Origin: Raja brachyura
Lineage: Eukaryota
DNA length: 64,000 bases
Direction: 5' to 3'
Assembly: GCA_963514005.1 (NCBI GenBank)
Contig: OY740814.1
Location: 12,276,001-12,340,000 of the forward strand
Both the position numbers and the translations under genes were made by a program. Position 1 is the first letter of the stretch, and every line of letters begins with the position of its first letter. Positions 53,101 through 62,100 of the stretch are shown one piece after another. The notes below the pieces were generated by a model. That model was not told where the DNA came from. It searched no databases and was given only the letters and a program-made list of their open reading frames with translations.

Positions 53101-56100
53101 ATATTTTGGGATTTTGTTTGCAACTTTCCTGGTCACCCATCCATCCACCAGTTGTGTCTGCATGATTTTTTTTAATGTTATGAATTCCATTTTATTTAGA
53201 TTCCCACTTTTTCACTTCCTAGCATCCACTTTATTGTTATACATTTGCCTGGTTTAGGATCCATTTGAGTAAATGTAATATGATTTGTGTGGATATACAT
53301 TGACTGGATGTACAGGGACTATTAAGTGGAGTGTGGGGGAAGAATGCGATCACAAAACTATCAACTAATACTGGATATTATTTCTTTTAGACCCTCGAAG
53401 GAAGTATCACATGCGTTTACTGGCATATAATTCAATGGGTGAAGGTTACCAGGCAGACCAGACAGTGAGCACCCCAGGATGTGTGTGTAAGTGCTCAATG
53501 TAGTCAATGTCTCATAATGTTCATTTCATAATTGAGAAGTTGTGTATATTTTAAGTAAAATTCCTAGAATGTGGTCTGTCCACTGCTAAATCTTCAACAC
53601 CAATAACGAGCCATTGAATAGTGATGCTGTAGGTGTGGCTGTTTTAAAAATAAAACATCCTGTCCGTCACAGCCGAAGCAGTCAACAGTTTCACTGGTTC
53701 CCGTAAATCATTTCCGATTTCTAGGGAATTGGATTTTATTTTCTCTGGGGTTTTATAAACTCTTTTCTCACTCTGTCAAGACCTTGCACAACAGATAAAG
53801 ACAAACTATTGGCCGTAAAACTGCAATAATCCAGTATCCAATTGCTTGTAAAACTTGGTTGCTGGGCATCCGGCTCACTCGATGGAGGAGGCGTGGGCTT
53901 AGAGGGCAGCCGGGAAGAGGGTCAGGAATTTGGGGCCAAGTGTGTGGGGGAGTTGGGGGTCAGCAACATGGGTAGGTTTGCAGCTGGGCCTGGGGCATGC
54001 AGAGTTTGTATATTTCCTGTTCCCTTTCAACTCAGCGATTTCACTGAAAAACATTTTCACTTATTTCACTACCGCGTGAACATAAAATGACATGGGTACA
54101 TTTTAATGTTTAAGAGTAACACCTAATAGCCAGGAAAATCTTCTTGTCCAACAGTAATAAATCCCGAGCAAACTGAATTTTCTGAGCCAGTTTGTGTGTG
54201 AAGGAAAATGGGAGTGTACTACAGCTACAGTCTTAAAAAGTGGAACGTGTCACAAAATTCCAAATTCTCAGCAAGCGATAGATCTATGCTCTGAGTCACT
54301 CGGTGAATTGGATAGCAATTCTAGGGGAGCCTGGTCTTTGCCCTTTGTGTGCCTCTCAATCAATACTTCTAGTGCTCAGCTGGTTGGTGAAACATCAGAA
54401 TTTTCCCAAATGTGTTTTATTCTTTATAAACCCCTCGCACATCATTTAAACGCGTCGATTCCCCTGTAGAGGTTAATCATATATTCTTGGAATCCAACAA
54501 CCTTGTTTTGCAAACCCAATAAAGGTATAATTAAACCAAAATACAACCGCTGAATTCCTCCAGCAGTTTGTTTGTTTTTGCTCAAGATTCCTGCATCTGT
54601 AGTCCATTGCATTTCCAAAGGAATCATTAATATGTTGACAAAAATGTACATGTTGTTCCATATTCAGATGCTTTGAAGATCAGTCTTGTTCAATTTATTT
54701 TGGCTATATCTGGGGCTTTCAATAGCAACTTTTCCCCCGAGGACAGAATTTGCATGCAGCTGTTAACCATCAATACTTATCCCTTTTCCATGTTGATAAA
54801 AAACTGTAGAGTATATAGATTTTATGGTATTGGCCTTCAAATAAAAATTCAAAGTGCATTTCTAATTTCTCAACATATTGCCATTATTTAAACATTTTGA
54901 AAGCCTACTAGAGATGAATAATGTGTATGTTCTTATTTGACAGCTGTTCGAGATCGCATGGTGCCACCACCACCCCCTCCTCATCACTTGTACGCAAAAG
55001 CCAATAGTTCATCTTCTATTTCCTTACAATGGGGGAAGCCGGCTTTCACTGCAGCACCAGTGATCAACTATACTGTCCGCTGTAACCCTGTGGGGCTGCA
55101 GAATGCTTCACTTGTCATGTACCTTCAAACGTAAGTTGATTTCCTCGCTGTAAATCTACAGCTCTAGGTGTTAATGATGGTGTTTATTACCAGTGGCAGG
55201 AAAAGTCACTTTTTTAAATTGTTAATTTTATTTTGCAGCATCGTGGAAATTAAGTTGACTTTGAATAATTCCTGACATAGCTATTACTGTTACTACCTTC
55301 AAAGTTAACCTCTGCCCCTGTACTTGTGAAGCTATTTGACAAAGCCATTCAATATTTACAATGGTTTCTCATAGTGCAGTTGGGCTCTGATTCGCTTTCA
55401 ATTAAGTCTAGGCTTTACAAATGTGTCTGTTTGTGACACCTTGTGGCTGTCCACAACTTCCCCTCGTGATCAGGGCCAATCCACTATTGAGAACTTCTCC
55501 CATCTTATCTCAAGGTAAATAAGGATGTCAGATAGCAAAAATGCTGGTCACCTTCCTGGTATCATCTGTTGTCGGGCAATGTGAAAGAAACCTCTGACTC
55601 ATTGGAGAGAGCTGGGATCAGATACTTGTTTACTCCAGAGTTGCAGAGGGGGAAGGGCAGCTGCAGGCAGGCTGAAGCTTTTAACTAAACAGAGGTTTTA
55701 TAGACAAACACCATAAACTTTTACTTATGATTTTCATTGTGATGTCGCACTAAACCATTCTTTGTTTAACAATTCTGAACTATTTTTATTACAAGTTTAA
55801 CAAGTCACATTGCAAGCAATGAGCTGTGTTGTAACTCGGCCTCCTTTTCTTTCACCCTGTTCTAGTGAAGTGGCTTGGTCAGTAGTGTTGCAGGATTGCC
55901 AATTGCAAAATGTTAATGGTTCAGATCTTAGATTACTTATTTAATTTTTCTCAAAGTTGTTACCCTATCCTTGATGCACTGATCCAAAATCAACAATTAA
56001 TTAATTTGTTTTTTTTAATCTCTACTGAGTATTCTTTCCATTTGTTTTCCGAGCATGCAGTTCACACGGGGGGGAAAACCTAATTCTTCCTTTTCATGGA

Positions 56101-59100
56101 AGTGGACCATTGATAAACTGTCGGAAACACAGGCCACAATAAATGTCATCCCGTGTTGCTTATCATCAGAATAATGACAGAATTACTGCAAATACATGGA
56201 AATAAAGGACAATTAACCAGTTTGAAAATGTATATACCAAGAAAAGAATAGACCCAATATAATCATGAATCGGTTATTTTTGCTTTTACAAGAGTTGTCA
56301 TTCTTGAGCAAATTTCTTCCAGTTGAACAGTCTGGGTCTCGACCCAAAACATCATTTATTCCTTTTCTCCAGAGATGCTGTCTGACCCGCTGAGTTACTC
56401 CAGCTTTTTGTGTATCTTTGGCTTAAACTGGCATCTGCAGTTCCTTCCTATACACTTTGTCATCGGTTACCTTCATCCTTAGTTATCAGCTTGCTATATT
56501 TAATTTTACCTGGGCAAAGCAGCTGCATGGTCCAAGTATACAATACAACTATAGTAAACTGTTTCATATTTATTTTATTATAATGTTGTACTTAACATGT
56601 AAGTAGGCGGCCACACACCAATGCATTTTATTCAATCCTGTTTTCAATGTGCAGTACATAATGCTCAGCTATCAAATCAGCCCTGAATACATTTCTCTTC
56701 TGATAATCCTATTGTTTTTAATTTATCCAGTTCTGAGACGCACATGCTGGTGAATGGTCTGCAACCCTTCACTAAGTACGAGTTTGCAGTGCGGCTTCAC
56801 GCAGACCAGCTCTCCAGCCCCTGGAGCCCAGTGGTTTATCAGCTGACCTTGCCCGAAGGTAAGGACAACATCGCGCTCTTCACCGCTCAGACCCCAAATA
56901 ACCCCATCACATCTACTTGGAAACAAATGTTTACCTGAATCTAAACCACTTATTTTCCCGGTTAACCAAATATGGTTATGGCACATTCCATCATTGAAGA
57001 GATTTCAATATATGGCATGAGTTTATCATGGTATTTTATGTGCACATTTGAAACACTTTTTGAAAACAATAGGCCATTCCTAATGGAGTTGTGTTCTATC
57101 GGAAAGAAATGAATTATTCCAAAGTAAACAAGGATAGAAGTACCCTGCACAAAAAAAAGTTTAGAAGGAAATATATACTTCTCAGGGTAACAGGCTATGA
57201 CGTGAGGGCAACTTCAAGAATCAATGCATCAGCCCCACAACCATGCCAACAATGAGTCTTTTTTTACCATGATCGAGGAATCAAGAACCAGAGGGTTCGG
57301 TGGCTGGACACTTTAATTCTCATTCCCATTCCTACACAGACCTTTCTGTCATCGGTCCCCTCCATTGTCAGAGTGAGGCTAAATGCAAATTGGAGGAACT
57401 TGCAGCCCAGTGGTATGAATATTGATTTCTCTCACTTCGGGTAGCCCCAGCATTCCCCCCCCCCCCCCCACCCAAGTCGCACTAGCTTCTCATTTTCACC
57501 CCACAGACTGCTTACAACGGCCTGCTTCCTTTGTCATCGTTACTTTTTTGCATATATTTCATTCATTGTTCTTTATCTCTCCACATCACCATCTATATCC
57601 CTCTTTTCCTCATCCCAGTCTGAAGAAGGGTCTCGACACGAAACGTCACCCATTCCTTCTCTCCAGTGATGCAGCCTGTCCCGCTGAGTTACTCCAGCAT
57701 TTTGTGTCTATCAAGAACTAGAGGGCATTGGTTTAAGGTAGTTGGGGGGGGGGGGGGGGTGAGGGGATATTTAATAGGAACCAGAGGAGTAAATTTTTTG
57801 CACACGGGGTTTCCGGGAATATGGAACATGCTGCCAGTGGAAGTAACTTGAGGCGAGTACAATTACAACTTTTAAAATATATTTGGACAGGAACGTGGAT
57901 AGGAAAGGTTTAGAGGGCCATGGACCAGGCGCAAGCAAATGGGATTAGCTTGGATGGAGTATCTTGGTTAGCATGGATGAGTTGGGCCAAATATCTTGTT
58001 TCTGAATTCTATGAATCTAACACTGTTATTAATTTCTCTTGCAGCTCCAACCAATCCCCCTTCAGGAGTCAAAGCCACGTTGATAGAAGAAGGAACTGCT
58101 CTCATTTCTTGGAAGCCCCCAGAAAACACCAACACTGCTGTCACTCATTACACCATCCTGTATGCTTCTAGGAAAGCTTGGATTGGCGGCGAGTGGCAAG
58201 TGCTCCATCGGGAAGGTGAGCTTCACTCAGCAAGTGTGAACTCTTGAGCATTTGTTCAGTTTTAAATCTGGAAGCTGCAAACTACTTGACTAAACTTTCA
58301 TGAAATCAGTGGAAATGAGAGTCTGAGAATTGTGCAGTAAAGTACAGCCAAAGTGGTCCATAATGTTCCCAACTTCCTTCAACATGTTTGTGATCCAACA
58401 TCCTGGCTGAAAACTCATGTGGCCTGATGATTATGAATGAACAAGGCCTGGTCAGTGGTCAACTCAATGGCTGCTACAGCAATGAATGTAGTGAAGAATC
58501 TCGTGTGTTGAAGCTGTTCATTGCCTTGTGCAAATGTTGCTTGATGCTTATCAGCACCTGGCTCTCACTGCCATAGGCACAGGTAGCTCAGAACTTGTGA
58601 CCACGTCCTGTTGGGTTAGGCCTGGTCTCATGGCCAGGCACCAGTCCATTATCCCTGTACAGCAAACATAATGGAAATGTATCTGGCATTGCATAATTCA
58701 GCAGGCTCTTCCACATGTGTTCATACATGGAACAAACTTTAATCCAATTTGTTACACCACAACATCCTGCTGACTTTGTGTGCCAGGTGCAAGTTGACCT
58801 GCCAAATGTATTCATTGCAATTTTCAAAATTGTTATATTGAAATAATGCATTGTGCTTGCTTCACGAGATCATGCTTTTGTATCACTTTTTGTTTTTAGC
58901 CTTCAATCCACTAATGTTATGGTTGTTTTTAGGATCAATTACTATGACTTTGTTGGAAAACCTTGATCCGGGAAATGTATACCTCATTCAAATATCTGCA
59001 ACAAATGAAGTAGGAGAGGGACCCTTTTCCAACATTGTAGAACTGGTGATCCCTGCTACAGAGACTGTATACTTCAGTCAAGGGCCAAAGTGGTCTGACT

Positions 59101-62100
59101 CTCTCAGCAGTGCAGATGCCAAAGGTAAATACATAGCCCAAACCAATATAATTTTGTGCATCTTTCCTGCCAGATGTATTTTGCAGTAAATTAAATGAAC
59201 GCCCTTGTTAGTGAAATGCTGATCTGAGCTACAAAGATAAACTGGGCAATTTACACTGTACTTTTAATCTATTCTAATTCTAATATGTTGTTCATATCTA
59301 TAATGAGGTGAGATGAAACAATGAATTAGGAATGTATGAAGTAGATGCTTGTTTAATCCACATTCTACAGCAATGCATGTTTCCATAAAGCTAATTGGAT
59401 TTAACACGATTAATCAAGGAACACTATTTCAGGTACGTGGGCTGAGTTGGTTATAATGCAATTTTGATTGGATCTGGGGAACCTCTTACGAGTTACTTTG
59501 GAATTTGGCAAGCAAAAAAAAAACTCTTGAGGGAAGGAAACAGGCTGGGGTTAAAAAACCCTGCATTTTACCTTCCTGCAGTAATCAGACACCATTGTCT
59601 CTTTAGAACACTGTCTGTCAGTTACCTCACTGATTGTGCCTGAAATTGAAAGCAATTGCTTCTGCTGACACTTGTGCAATGATAGTCTATTAAACAAATA
59701 ACATGCAGCCTTCAGTATTTTTAGCTTCCACTAACAAAAATAAACATATTAAAAAAACCTTTATTTGAAAATCGTGCAGGAAAAATAGTTTGTTAATCTG
59801 AGTGTGAAACACGCTCGCTCCTTTTTTCCCCAATTAACATAATTGATTTTATAACACAATTGCATATAACGTGAGGCTTCTTAGAAATTCAACTGTTGTG
59901 TTATAGCGGAATAACCTGTGCTTTTAATCCCCAGTAAAATCAATTTAATGGTGGAGATTTCTGATAAAGTAATAACAAAAGCTAAAAGGATATAATGTAT
60001 TTAGAACATAGTCAACATCTGCTTCCCTATCCTCATCATTCATTGTTACCTGCTCAAAAAAGCCTAAGTTGTAACTGACCTTCTCTGCACAAAGCCATAC
60101 TAACTAGTTCCTATGGTTCTAATGAACATACCACTTTGCTTGTTCCACAGGTAACTCTGATGTGTTTTATCACCTGGACCAAAAATCAATGACTGGGATT
60201 ATCGTTGGAGTTTGCATTGCCCTGACTTGTATTATCATCTGCATCCTGATCCTCCTTTATAGAAGCAAAGCAAGGTATTGTTTAAGTGTTGGGCACAATA
60301 TGCAGACAGTTAAAGATAATGGGTAAAGATTTATATTGAAATGTATTCTAAATGTTTTGAATATAATTGTTGTGAGTGGGAGATGTTCAGCAGTCTGTGT
60401 GCTGCAACTCTCCACCCACCAGCCCCACCGAGACTCATTATTACTTGTATTTAAACACCATTTTTACTAAAATGTCATCTTTTGAAAAAGGTAGCATTTA
60501 CTAGCATTCTGCCATTTCCACTTACATCAGTGAATAAACTGGGACTACATTCAGCACCTGCACAATCTGATGATGCCAGTATTTTTGTTGACATTTTCTT
60601 TAAATGGTGAATGTTTCTGTTTGTCCAGGAAATCCAGTGCTGTCAAAGCTGAGCAACACGGAAATGTTCAGTTAGCACATGTGACGAGGCCACTGGTCAA
60701 TGGGAACCATCTTGCCAAGAGTAAGGATGAACAGTGGGAAAATATGGAGACCTTAATGCCAATGATGCCTGAAAATGCCTTCTTGGACACCAAGGTAATT
60801 TTACTTTTGTTTTATTCATATTGTTATTATGTTCCTTGCCTCTTCTCCTTCCAAAACAAGGCACTACTTCTTTATGAAAGTAAATGGTTTGTACTATCTT
60901 AGAAAAGAAGCTGGCCTTTCAGCACATCATATCGGCCATCTAGTACCTAACCAGACTAATTGCATTTACCAACACTTGAATCATACCCTACTATTCCTTG
61001 GTGATTTAAGTGCTCATCCAGATGTTTATGTGAGAGTCTCTGCCTTCACCACCACATCCAGATGTGCATTCCAGATTGCAGGCACCCTCTGAGTCACAAA
61101 CCATTCTTCTGGTTTCCTCTAAATCTCCTCGACCTTATTTCCTATGGTCTTAGACATCTCTATCATCAGGTAAAGTTTCTATCCATGCCTGTCATATTTC
61201 TGTGTAACTCTACCAAGTTGCCCCTAAGTTTTATCCAGTCCACACTAAACCTCCCCAACCTGGGATGTCAGGACTTTCATATGAAGAAAGACTGGATAGA
61301 CTCGGCTTGTACTCGCTAGAATTTAGAAGACTGAGGGGGGGTCTTATAAAAACATACAAAATTCTTAAGGGGTTGGACAGGCCAGATGCAGGAAGATTGT
61401 TCCCAATGTTGGGGAGGTCCAGAACAAGGGGTCACAGCCTAAGGATAAGAGGGAATTCCTTTAGGACCGAGATGAGGAAAACATTTTTCACACAGAGTGG
61501 TGAGTCTCTGGAATTATCTGCCACAGAAGGTAGTTGAGGCCAGTTCATTGGCTATATTTAAGTGGGGGTTAGATGTGGCCCTTGTGGCTAAAGGGATCAG
61601 GGCGTATGGAGAGAAGGCAGGTACAGGATACTGAATTGGATGATCAGCCGTGATCATATTGAATGGCGGTGCAGGCTTGAAGGGCCGAATGGCCTACTCC
61701 TGCACCTATTTTCTATGTTTCGATGTAATAATGGAAAATTATTTGCATTTATATCTTGTCTGCACAATCTGAGGACATTCCAAAGTACTTTGCAGCAATC
61801 TCATTTGGTGTTGCCTAATGAATGTCTGCTCACCCTTTACATCCCAGGGGTGGAGATGAAGAGTGCCACTTACAGTTATTAGGTCAGTTCAGGTGACTTG
61901 GGGACATGTGTGTAAATAGTTCAGGGGGCTGAGAAGTAAAAGGAAGAGAGAAACCAGGAACAGAGAAAATTGAAGACGAGTACTTTACATGCCAATCTGA
62001 AATTCTAACTTAAAAATAGAAACTTACTTTGAGCAGAAGAAAGCACAAAAAGCATTTTAGGAGTACTTTTGTTAAACTTGTTATATTTAAGAAGGGGACT

